IMG/VR virus record: IMGVR_UViG_3300022680_000066
Coordinates: 1 to 63,322 of that record
Length of the DNA: 63,322 bases
Reading direction: 5' to 3' (one strand)
From: a virus
Lineage: Duplodnaviria; Caudoviricetes
In this document: piece by piece, positions 8,769 to 17,068 of the stretch
Numbering within the stretch: the stretch's first letter is position 1
Layout: the number at the start of each line of letters is the position of its first letter
Program-made: the position numbers and the translations under genes
Notes under the pieces: model-generated
Database searches by the model: none
What the model saw: the letters and a program-made list of their open reading frames with translations, nothing else
What the model was told of the DNA's origin: nothing

Positions 8769-9013
8769 TGCAACAAACTAAACTAGGCTCCTGGATCGAG
8801 TCATGCATGAATGTCCTTATCGGTTACGGCGTGGCGTTGCTTTCCCAAATCGCAGTCTTTCCTTGGTTCGGCATCCACGTATCGTTGGAGACTAACTTGT
8901 GGATAGGAGCCTGGTTCACTGTTATCAGTCTTATTCGCAGCTACGTTATCCGGCGCTGGTTTAATGCGCGGCTGCACAGAGCAGCTATGAAACTAGCAGG
9001 AGAGGAGGAATGA
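8768..9013 (+). CDS. Small membrane protein of a common phage family
   Basis: QTKLGSWIES...SLIRSYVIRRWFN, two hydrophobic segments. Confidence 0.65.
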   Translation: MQQTKLGSWIESCMNVLIGYGVALLSQIAVFPWFGIHVSLETNLWIGAWFTVISLIRSYVIRRWFNARLHRAAMKLAGEEE

Positions 9014-9104
9014 AAAGCTTTCTAATCTTAGTCCTTGCCTTCGCAACCTCGTCAACTCAGCAGGTATTGATTGGTTCTAAAGCTGCTCACTCTGTGACAG
9101 TGAC

Positions 9105-9133
9105 TTGACAACACATAAACAACACGATATAAT
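9105..9133 (+). promoter_or_regulatory. sigma70 promoter, perfect consensus
   Basis: TTGACA-17 bp-TATAAT upstream of the UDG/polymerase cluster. Confidence 0.85.
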
Positions 9134-9151
9134 GGTGTGGTGAGGAAACAA

Positions 9152-9364
9152 ATGACAACTACATATATGCTAGCCCTTGTACCGACAAAGGCCGAAGTAC
9201 CGAACAACTGCTTAGGCTGTGCCCTTGCGCCGCCAGCTACTGTGGTTGATTGCGAGTGTAAGTTCCGCGAGCACTGCGGCAGTGGTGTGTTCAAAGCGCG
9301 CTTCATGCCGATTGATTCTGCCTTCCTTCTCGACGAGCCGCCAAGCAATCAGGAGCTTCCATGA
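9152..9364 (+). CDS. Small Cys-rich hypothetical protein
   Basis: GAGG RBS then ATG 9152; stop overlaps the next start (ATGA). Confidence 0.55.
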   Translation: MTTTYMLALVPTKAEVPNNCLGCALAPPATVVDCECKFREHCGSGVFKARFMPIDSAFLLDEPPSNQELP

Positions 9365-10440
9365 CCTCCATTGTCTTTATCGGTGAGGCCTGGGGCGAAG
9401 CCGAGGCTCGATTTCAAACTCCCTTTGTCGGCCCGACTGGCCAGGAGCTTGCGCGCATGATGGCTCAAGCAGGTTTCGGAAACGAGCACCTCCCTTATAA
9501 CTATGTGTCCTCCGTGCGCATGATATCATACTGGGAAAGAACTGAGTTCGTTTTCCTCAACGTATTCAATGAGCGGCCAGAGAAGAACAACGTCGAGAGG
9601 TTCTATGCCAAGCCATCCGACCAAGTGCCCCTGGACAAGAAGCTGCCGCCTCGCAAGTTCGGGACATCCAACCATTATGTCAGACAAGAGCACGCTTACC
9701 ACGTTTATGATCTGCACAAGGAGCTTGAAGACCTCCAACCGAATGCGATTGTCGCTCTGGGCAACACTGCATTGTGGGCCTTGCGCCTGAATCCTGCCAT
9801 ATCGAAATTGCGGGGCAACATCATCGAATCCAAGTGGGGCAAGGTCATCCCCACCTACCACCCGGCAGCCGTCTTGCGGAACTGGTCGAACAGAACCATA
9901 AGTGTGCTCGATCTGAACAAGGCCAGACGTGAGGCCAAGTTCCCCGGCACAAAACTGCTTGACCGCTTTATCTGGACTGAACCCACAATCGAAGACCTCT
10001 ACCAATGGTGGGACGAGCATGGAAGCAAAGCTAAGGAGCTGGCTGTGGATATCGAAACCGTGCGCCGAACTCAAGTGGCTGAGATGGGATTTGCATCCAG
10101 CCCCACAATGGCACTCCATATCCCCTTCGTATATAAAGATTCGGGCCAGTATATATCCTATTGGAAGACAGCCGAGGAAGAAACCAAAGCCTGGGATTTT
10201 GTTGACATGGTGTTCCGATCAAGTGTGCCAAAGATCGGCCAGAACGTGTGCCAGTATGATGCTTATTTTATGGGCAAAGCACTAGGGATACCGCTGCTTA
10301 ATATTGCTAACGATACTATGACCTTGGCTCATTGCTGGCAACCAGAACTGGAGAAGAGCCTAGGCTTTCTTGGTTCGATATTCCTAACTGAGAGAGAGTG
10401 GAAAAGTATCCGCACTCATACTGATAAGGAGGATTTCTGA
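9361..10440 (+). CDS. Family-4-like uracil-DNA glycosylase domain fused to the N-terminal part (ExoI, ExoII) of a PolA 3'-5' exonuclease
   Basis: GEAWG, PFVGPTG, TYHPAAVLR (UDG); LAVDIET (ExoI), GQNVCQYD (ExoII), DTMTLAH. Confidence 0.85.
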   Translation: MTSIVFIGEAWGEAEARFQTPFVGPTGQELARMMAQAGFGNEHLPYNYVSSVRMISYWERTEFVFLNVFNERPEKNNVERFYAKPSDQVPLDKKLPPRKFGTSNHYVRQEHAYHVYDLHKELEDLQPNAIVALGNTALWALRLNPAISKLRGNIIESKWGKVIPTYHPAAVLRNWSNRTISVLDLNKARREAKFPGTKLLDRFIWTEPTIEDLYQWWDEHGSKAKELAVDIETVRRTQVAEMGFASSPTMALHIPFVYKDSGQYISYWKTAEEETKAWDFVDMVFRSSVPKIGQNVCQYDAYFMGKALGIPLLNIANDTMTLAHCWQPELEKSLGFLGSIFLTEREWKSIRTHTDKEDF

Positions 10441-10586
10441 TGATCATTACTTGTCCACGATGTAAAAGAGAAAACGTAAATATGCCCTCCTTTTTCAGTG
10501 AGTATTTGTGTACAAAGTGTCTTCGTACTGAATCGCTCTCTTTAAGAGAACGCCAGATACAGGCAAGAAGGAGGGCAGCTGAATGA
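10440..10586 (+). CDS. 48-aa CxxC...CxxC zinc-finger protein (absent from the ORF track)
   Basis: AAGGAGG RBS; MIITCPRCKRENVNMPSFFSEYLCTKCLRTESLSLRERQIQARRRAAE; overlaps both neighbouring genes. Confidence 0.65.
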   Translation: MIITCPRCKRENVNMPSFFSEYLCTKCLRTESLSLRERQIQARRRAAE

Positions 10587-13291
10587 AAGTTATCAACACA
10601 GCCAAAGCCAAGCCCGCGCTCATGTCCACCCTTGAGAGACTAGCACTCTATAGCGGCATGGACAACCTCACATTGTTCGAAATCCGTGACGGACTCATGG
10701 AGCAGATGGACGAGGGCAGGCTAAAGACTTACCACTTCGAGATGGAACTCCAAGCCGCTCTGCTTGACATGTCCTTCAATGGCATCCCTGTCGATCAGCA
10801 GGAGCGGCGCAAGATGCAAAAGGAATTCACCAAGATCCGTGAAGACCTGACTGAGTATCTCAACGAGATGCTCGATGCCATCGGCTACTTCGACTACTAC
10901 ATTCGCATGGCTGTGCATGAGTTCTCCATCGCCAGCGGAATATCCATATCCGAACTCCCTATCACCTGGGACGAGTGGAAGATGCGCTCTGTCCAGTGGC
11001 GCAGGCAGGTCAAGCAACTAACCCCAAACGAATATGATCTGAAGATTTATCACAAGGCTTTAAAAGAAGGCTACAGGTTCAACCCGAACTCACCAGCTCA
11101 AAAGCTCAAGCTGTTCTACCATTTCTTCGGCCACCCTGACAACACCACAGCAGCCGGGTATCTCTATGCCCCGCCGTGGCTCAAGACCTACGGCATTAAG
11201 GAGCACAAAGGAAAAAAATCTGACGGAACATACGGGCCCACAACCAACCGCGAGGCCCTAGAGAAGATCATCACCGCCTCCACAAAGGGCGAGAAGCACG
11301 CAGCATATTGGGCATCAGCCCTAGCCAAAGTCTGTCTCGAAATAGCCGATGTTACTAAATCTTTGGGCTTCCTCAATTGCAAGCTCGACAACGGAATCTT
11401 CCGCTCCAGTTTCGGGGCCGTGACCGAAACCGGCAGGCTCAATAGTAATAAGAACCCTATGGATCTAGGCAGTAATGGTCAAAATATCACGCCCAAACTT
11501 CGCCACATTCTGACGTGCCCACCTGGATGGAAGATCGCCGCTCCCGACTACAGCCAGATCGAGTCCCAGAACGTGGGCGCAATTTGCTTCAGCCGGTTTG
11601 ATATGGACGCATACTTGACAGCCTGCGCCTGCGGCGACCTTCACACCCTTGTATGCTCCATGGTCTGGGAGGACATGCCTTGGCCCGAGGACTTCAACAT
11701 CAAAGCCCTTCAACAACACGGTAAGTTCCCCAAGGATATTGTGAAGGCGGCTAAGAAAGTAGCAGGCGGAATCTTCTACCGACATTTCACTTTCAGAGAT
11801 GCCGTTAAACGCCTAGGCCATGGCTGCCTTACGGCAGGACACGAAGTATTAACTCCTTCTGGTTGGGCTCCTATTGAATCAAAGCCTCCAGTGATAATGC
11901 AAAAAGATGGAACATTTACTCGCGTATCTAATTGGATTGACAAAGAATATACAGGTAGTTTTGTTCAATGGGAAGGGCTATCTATTTCTACTACCATGAC
12001 AGCCAATCACCGAGTGTATTACACAACCACAGCTGATGGAGCTTTGTCCGTCAAGCCTGCAAGTCGTGTACCGCAATCAGCTCGCGTTGCACTAAACGGA
12101 TACCATCGTGGCGGCCCAATAAGCGAGCCCTATGCTAAGTTGCTAGCTGCTTATCATTGTGATGGGCACTGGCAAGGCTATCACCAAACAGAGTTCCATT
12201 TCCACAAACACAGAAAAATCGAGAGAATCAAAAAGCTTGCTGCAGAGGCAGGTATCTCAATCGCGCATCGACAAGATGCTACAAAAGTAATTTTAAACTG
12301 GGTTCCGAGACTACATGCACCAGATTGGGCTATGCTTAATTGGGATCGTAAGTCTTTGCAAGCTTACATGAGTGAACTTAAATGGTGGGACGGACACATC
12401 AGTGAAACAGCTGTATCTCTTCATTCAGCAAAACAAGATTGGTTAGAGATGTGGCAGACCTTTAACAGGCTCCTTGGTAAAGGGGGTAACCTGCAGAAGC
12501 CTCGTTTATCAGGGTACGGAACTGTCATGTATTCTCTTCAAGAGAATAATAGAAAGTATGCTAATCGTCCATCATTTAAAGTAGATAAAACCTTTGAAGC
12601 CACTGAGCAAGTGTATTGTCCAACTGTTCCGAACGCAGCGTTTTACATTCGACGTAACGGTAAAATCTCTTTGACAGGGAATAGCAACTACATGGGCAAA
12701 CCAGCACACATGGCCACACAAACTCGTATACCGAAGAAGTTGATCGAGCATTTTCAAGAAGGTTACTTTGAGGCCTTCCCCGAAATCCCTCGGTGGCACG
12801 ATTGGGTGGCCGAGCAGATCCAGACTGAGGGCGAGATCATCACACTCCTTGGCCGAGCGCGCAGGTTCTTCGGTCGGCCCAATGAGGACAAAACAATCCG
12901 CGAAGCCGTAGCATATGAGCCTCAATCAATGGGGGCGGATTACACCAACAAAGCCCTATTGGATTTACATAAGGCGTCCATGAGCGGTGAGTTACCTATC
13001 AAAATCTTTCTTCAAAAACACGATGAGATCGGTTTTCGCTTTCTTGAGAAAGACGAGGATTTTTGTGTAGCTCAGGCTCAGAAGATCATGGAACATCACG
13101 TCACCCTCACAAGCCCGAGCGGGCGAACACGAGATTGGTATGTGCCTACGGAGTTTGAAAGTGGTTGGAATCTTGGTGTTGTTGGTACGGAATACTATGC
13201 GCCCAATGGCCCGAACCCGAACGGGCTAAGCCATGTAGACAGTTCACGAGTACGAATCAAACCCAGATCTTGGGAACACTGGAAACTATAG
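10583..13291 (+). CDS. polA: Family A DNA polymerase (ExoIII plus polymerase domain) containing an intein
   Basis: YSGMD (ExoIII), TETGRLNS, NGQNI, motif A DYSQIE, motif B KRLGHG/SNY, motif C QKHDEI. Confidence 0.93.
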   Translation: MKVINTAKAKPALMSTLERLALYSGMDNLTLFEIRDGLMEQMDEGRLKTYHFEMELQAALLDMSFNGIPVDQQERRKMQKEFTKIREDLTEYLNEMLDAIGYFDYYIRMAVHEFSIASGISISELPITWDEWKMRSVQWRRQVKQLTPNEYDLKIYHKALKEGYRFNPNSPAQKLKLFYHFFGHPDNTTAAGYLYAPPWLKTYGIKEHKGKKSDGTYGPTTNREALEKIITASTKGEKHAAYWASALAKVCLEIADVTKSLGFLNCKLDNGIFRSSFGAVTETGRLNSNKNPMDLGSNGQNITPKLRHILTCPPGWKIAAPDYSQIESQNVGAICFSRFDMDAYLTACACGDLHTLVCSMVWEDMPWPEDFNIKALQQHGKFPKDIVKAAKKVAGGIFYRHFTFRDAVKRLGHGCLTAGHEVLTPSGWAPIESKPPVIMQKDGTFTRVSNWIDKEYTGSFVQWEGLSISTTMTANHRVYYTTTADGALSVKPASRVPQSARVALNGYHRGGPISEPYAKLLAAYHCDGHWQGYHQTEFHFHKHRKIERIKKLAAEAGISIAHRQDATKVILNWVPRLHAPDWAMLNWDRKSLQAYMSELKWWDGHISETAVSLHSAKQDWLEMWQTFNRLLGKGGNLQKPRLSGYGTVMYSLQENNRKYANRPSFKVDKTFEATEQVYCPTVPNAAFYIRRNGKISLTGNSNYMGKPAHMATQTRIPKKLIEHFQEGYFEAFPEIPRWHDWVAEQIQTEGEIITLLGRARRFFGRPNEDKTIREAVAYEPQSMGADYTNKALLDLHKASMSGELPIKIFLQKHDEIGFRFLEKDEDFCVAQAQKIMEHHVTLTSPSGRTRDWYVPTEFESGWNLGVVGTEYYAPNGPNPNGLSHVDSSRVRIKPRSWEHWKL
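11825..12682 (+). mobile_element. Intein (286 aa) with probable degenerate LAGLIDADG endonuclease
   Basis: Starts CLTAGHEVLTPSGW, has block B TANHRV, ends VYCPTVP...IRRNGKISLTGN followed by Ser; LAAYHCDG and ELKWWDG motifs; visibly more AT-rich than its flanks. Confidence 0.92.
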
Positions 13292-13301
13292 GAGACATAA
13301 G

Positions 13302-13907
13302 ATGAACGAAACAGCACATTCAGCGTTTGAAGCTATACACCTAAAACCTAAAGAACTTTTTTATGACCCGGACAAAAAGAAATACCAAATCACAAATGAA
13401 GCTGCTTGTGTAGAAGAGGCTGCACTAACTGCGGTGCGTCTTCTATGCAGTCAGTATAATGAGGCTTGGTTTTCATTTCTTCGATATGGCGACAATCTAT
13501 ATGACTGGAAAGAAGAGGCTGAAGCAGTAGCTATTCAATGTTGGGAAGAAGCTGGAATGAAGGATCTTGATGCGGAGGCAGGAAGTAAATTATCTGCCGC
13601 GTTCGCTAGGCACCTCGCTTCTTGGGTGCAGACCGCTGCCCAGAACCAACGCAACACAGAGTTCTATCGTGACCTAATCCAGCGTTGTGGCAAGGCCATC
13701 GGCGAACGAGCTTACACTGCTGACGACGGCTCACGAGCACAAGACGTACTGGCTTTGAAAGTGCCTGAGATTATCGAAGCTGATTATGCGAAGCTTAATT
13801 CAATTGTCTGCCCTACCTGCCACTTTGTATCTATTGTTCTTAGCAAAACCTGTCAGAACGAGAATTGCCCCACAAACAAAGAGGAGAACCGAGATGCCCA
13901 AAGATAA
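13302..13907 (+). CDS. Hypothetical protein with C-terminal Cys cluster
   Basis: AGGAG RBS; CPTC...CQNENC. Confidence 0.65.
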   Translation: MNETAHSAFEAIHLKPKELFYDPDKKKYQITNEAACVEEAALTAVRLLCSQYNEAWFSFLRYGDNLYDWKEEAEAVAIQCWEEAGMKDLDAEAGSKLSAAFARHLASWVQTAAQNQRNTEFYRDLIQRCGKAIGERAYTADDGSRAQDVLALKVPEIIEADYAKLNSIVCPTCHFVSIVLSKTCQNENCPTNKEENRDAQR

Positions 13908-14214
13908 AAACATTTACACTGATCCCAAGAACGAAGACCTACGCATCCGTGCTGCCAAAGGCATGGCTGGACAACTGGAAGAGCCACCAACAGTCAAGGC
14001 CCTGCGTGAACGCATCTACACGCAGGCCCAGGAGATCGACAGCCTGCGCACCCTATGTGCCGTCCTATACACAGGCCCAGCACTGGACACCGACGAAGGA
14101 GAGTTACAAGACAAGCGTGAGCATCCGTTCATCAACTTTCGTACTGACTCGCCCGAGACCATACGACAGAAGATCATTGAGCGCGCAGACAAACACAACC
14201 AATCAAGCAACTAA
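13894..14214 (+). CDS. Hypothetical protein
   Basis: GAGGAG RBS then ATG 13894. Confidence 0.65.
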   Translation: MPKDKNIYTDPKNEDLRIRAAKGMAGQLEEPPTVKALRERIYTQAQEIDSLRTLCAVLYTGPALDTDEGELQDKREHPFINFRTDSPETIRQKIIERADKHNQSSN

Positions 14215-14224
14215 GGAGACAACC

Positions 14225-15076
14225 ATGCAACAATATCTAGACCTACTCCAGCGTGTCATCGACGAGGGCGTTCGCAAACCTAACCGCACTGGCATTGACA
14301 CAATTGGCATTCAGGGAGCAATGATGCAATTCGACCTTGCCGATGGCTTCCCAGCTGTGACCACAAAGAAACTCAAAACCAAAGCTTGTTTCATGGAGAT
14401 GCTCGGCTTCCTTCGCGGGTATGATAACGCGGCTCAGTTCCGAGAGCTTGGTTGCAATGTGTGGAATGCCAATGCTAATGAGAACCAACAGTGGCTAAAC
14501 AACTCTGCCCGTAAAGGCGAGGACGATCTGGGCGAGATCTATGGTGTTCAAGCCCGTCGATGGAGAGCCGACCCATTCGCACTAACCCCCATCATTGATC
14601 AACTCCGTAATGTCTACAACGATCTTCGTCAAGGCATCGACAACCGGCGTGAGATTGTGACCCACTGGAACCCAGGCAAAACATCTCACATAGCCTTACC
14701 TCCCTGCCACCTCCTCTACCAATTCGGCATCCAAGGTGATCGCCTGAACATGTGCATGTACCAACGCAGCTGCGACATGCCTCTAGGCGTCCCATTCAAC
14801 ATGGCGGGCTATGCTTGGTTGCTCTCCGTCATGGCCCAGATCACCGGACACAAACCAGGAGTCTTTACTCACTTCTTGTGGGACGTACATATCTATGTCA
14901 ATCAGCTTGAAGGTGTTTACGAGCAGCTCAGTCGCACACCGCATGAGCTGCCCCAGTTGTTGATCAACCCAGCAATCACAGATCTTGAATATTTGGAGGA
15001 GCACGCAACCGCTTCAGACTTTGTCTTGAAAAATTACAACCACGAACCAGCAATCCACTTTCCATTCGCAGTATAA
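14225..15076 (+). CDS. thyA: Thymidylate synthase
   Basis: AAGGAG RBS then ATG 14225; NRTG, LPPCH, YQRSCD, GVPFN, HIY motifs. Confidence 0.95.
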   Translation: MQQYLDLLQRVIDEGVRKPNRTGIDTIGIQGAMMQFDLADGFPAVTTKKLKTKACFMEMLGFLRGYDNAAQFRELGCNVWNANANENQQWLNNSARKGEDDLGEIYGVQARRWRADPFALTPIIDQLRNVYNDLRQGIDNRREIVTHWNPGKTSHIALPPCHLLYQFGIQGDRLNMCMYQRSCDMPLGVPFNMAGYAWLLSVMAQITGHKPGVFTHFLWDVHIYVNQLEGVYEQLSRTPHELPQLLINPAITDLEYLEEHATASDFVLKNYNHEPAIHFPFAV

Positions 15077-15088
15077 GGAGCACCAAGC

Positions 15089-15472
15089 ATGACAAATGAA
15101 ACCGAGAACCCAATCGAATACCAAACTATGGTCGGCCGCCTCGCCAAAGACGGAGAACTAATTCTTGAAGAAATGACCCCACTCCGCTGTCATCTAGACC
15201 ACATGGCTATGGGCATCGCAGGTGAAGCAGGAGAAGTTCTTGACCTCATCAAGAAAACAACTAAGTACAACAAGCCACTCGATCGTGAGAAACTTATCGA
15301 GGAGCTGGGTGATCTCGAATTCTATCTCGAAGGCTTGCGCCAAGGTGTCGGTCTTACCCGTGAAGAGGTCCTCGAAGCCAACATGGAGAAACTCCTCACG
15401 GGCAAGAACGCCCGCTACAAGGAGGGCGAGTTTTCTAACGAGGCTGCCATCGAACGGAGGGATAAAAAGTAA
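15089..15472 (+). CDS. MazG-like nucleotide pyrophosphohydrolase
   Basis: GEAGEVLD...EELGDLEFY, ANMEKL..RY. Confidence 0.85.
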   Translation: MTNETENPIEYQTMVGRLAKDGELILEEMTPLRCHLDHMAMGIAGEAGEVLDLIKKTTKYNKPLDREKLIEELGDLEFYLEGLRQGVGLTREEVLEANMEKLLTGKNARYKEGEFSNEAAIERRDKK

Positions 15473-15484
15473 CACAGCTTTACG

Positions 15485-15519
15485 AGCAATACATTTGGCC
15501 TTGTGCCAATCGTACATAC
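15485..15519. promoter_or_regulatory. 35-bp palindromic motif, copy B
   Basis: AGCAATACAT-TTGGCCTTGTGCCAA-TCGTACATAC, intergenic upstream of 15543. Confidence 0.7.
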
Positions 15520-15542
15520 AATACCTACAAGTGGAATAGTTA

Positions 15543-16796
15543 ATGCGGCAAAAGCAACTCCCGAGAGTATTACCCGACCTGCTAGATACTCTTGCTGAGT
15601 ATTTCGAGTACACCCACGCAGCAGATATATTTAAAAAATGGGGAGGTCTCTTTCTCCTGAGTGGTACTTTGTCGCGGAAATGTTGGGTCATAGCTGACCC
15701 TACCTTTCCACCCCTCTATCCCAACCTCTACATCTTGTTGACTGGTGCGCCCGGCTCAGGCAAAGACGCAATCATCAACAAGATTGTGGAGATCCTGCGC
15801 GGTGCGCATGAGGGCCTCGAACAGGGTGCGGGCTTCCAGTTCTCAGGTCGCTCCCTCTCACCCAAGGGCGTAATTGATTTGTTGGCCAGTGAAGATTCTG
15901 AATTTACTTTCAAAGTCAGGATAGCAGGCAAAAGCCGGACAGAAAAATACCACTCATTCCTCTTATGTGCGCCCGAACTCACAACCGTAATGCCCGTCTA
16001 CAACACACAGTTGGTTGCCTTCCTGAACGAGCTTTACAACTGCTCACCCCTCTTTGAAGAGCAAGTCCGGGGCCGGGGCACAGTATCTCAAGTATCTATC
16101 AAGAACCCACACGTAGCCGCCTTCATGGGAATCCAACCGGCCACCCTGTTTGAGATCTTTCCCGAGCAAGCATTCCGCATGGGCTTCTTCTCCCGTGTCA
16201 ATCTTGTGTATGCTGACGAAACTTTTGCAGCCAGACCGTTCGACCGGAGCCGCCCTGATCGGTCGCATCTCCTGGCCAAGCTTGTCTCTGATGTCCGTAG
16301 CATCTCCCAACTGTCGGGGGAGTTCAAGCTCACAATCGAGGCCGAAGAAATCATCACGGACTTTGCTCAAAACGCACCAGGCAAACTAAAGCAATCTCGC
16401 TACGTAGACTACAACGTCCGACGTTGGATGCACCTCACAAAGATCTCCATGTTGTGCGCAGTCAGTGAAGGAAACAAACTGTTGATCGAGGCCAAGCATG
16501 TGCAGCGAGCAATGACCTTCCTGCTTGAGGCTGAAAAGGAGATGCCCAAGGTATTTGAAAACATCACAACCTCTGATGGGTTTGAGTCCACAGTCGAGCA
16601 ACTGCTCGTGAACACAAAGGACGCAACCATCACCCACCAGCAACTCGAACGGGCTTTGCGTCGCACCCATAAACCATACGAAGTCGGCCAGATCATTGCG
16701 TCCATGCTTCGTGCAGGAGATTTAGAGGAAATACCTACCAAGGCAGGATTACCCAAATACAAAGTTACAGAAGAAACCAAACGTAGTTTACACTAG
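15543..16796 (+). CDS. DUF3987/YfjI-like P-loop NTPase, probable replicative helicase
   Basis: LYPNLYILLTGAPGSGKD Walker A, GFFSR arginine-finger-like motif, probable C-terminal winged helix. Confidence 0.7.
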   Translation: MRQKQLPRVLPDLLDTLAEYFEYTHAADIFKKWGGLFLLSGTLSRKCWVIADPTFPPLYPNLYILLTGAPGSGKDAIINKIVEILRGAHEGLEQGAGFQFSGRSLSPKGVIDLLASEDSEFTFKVRIAGKSRTEKYHSFLLCAPELTTVMPVYNTQLVAFLNELYNCSPLFEEQVRGRGTVSQVSIKNPHVAAFMGIQPATLFEIFPEQAFRMGFFSRVNLVYADETFAARPFDRSRPDRSHLLAKLVSDVRSISQLSGEFKLTIEAEEIITDFAQNAPGKLKQSRYVDYNVRRWMHLTKISMLCAVSEGNKLLIEAKHVQRAMTFLLEAEKEMPKVFENITTSDGFESTVEQLLVNTKDATITHQQLERALRRTHKPYEVGQIIASMLRAGDLEEIPTKAGLPKYKVTEETKRSLH

Positions 16797-16806
16797 GAGA
16801 TCAACC

Positions 16807-17034
16807 ATGACCGACAAAACAGACCTAACCTTACGGGAGCCAACCAGGAAACAAACAATCACCAGCAGTTTCGGAAACAACACCTCAGCTTCACAAGGGG
16901 CTGTGTCAGGTGCAGCTGCCACTCTTTTGTGGGGCTGTGCTGTTCACTACTTTGGAGTCGAGCCACCTCCGACAGATATCTATGGAGCCAGCATCGTCTT
17001 GGGTACGTGGCTTTGGCAGCTGTTGGTTAAGTGA
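16807..17034 (+). CDS. Small membrane protein (possible holin)
   Basis: AGGAG RBS; two hydrophobic segments; last gene of the + arm. Confidence 0.45.
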   Translation: MTDKTDLTLREPTRKQTITSSFGNNTSASQGAVSGAAATLLWGCAVHYFGVEPPPTDIYGASIVLGTWLWQLLVK

Positions 17035-17043
17035 CATAAAGAA

Positions 17044-17062
17044 TCCCGGCATCCTGCCGGGA
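17044..17062 (-). terminator. Hairpin between the convergent arms
   Basis: TCCCGGCA-TCC-TGCCGGGA; followed by TTCTTTAT on the - strand. Confidence 0.6.
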
Positions 17063-17068
17063 CATCCC

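Noticed and set aside
10440-10583. Intron or ribosomal bypass joining the UDG-exo and polymerase ORFs
   Set aside because: The gap is a coherent small ORF, both downstream ORFs have strong RBSs, and I saw no group I or II intron features. RT-PCR would be needed to exclude it fully.
13865-14224. N-terminal extension of ThyA given in the ORF track (similarly 4001..4165, 2551..2619, 44152..44220)
   Set aside because: The extensions overlap other genes or structured intergenic elements, and better RBS-linked starts lie downstream.
14225-15076. Pyrimidine hydroxymethylase or base-hypermodification pathway
   Set aside because: The sequence has canonical ThyA motifs including PFN, and I recognised no accompanying kinase, glycosyltransferase or transferase genes.
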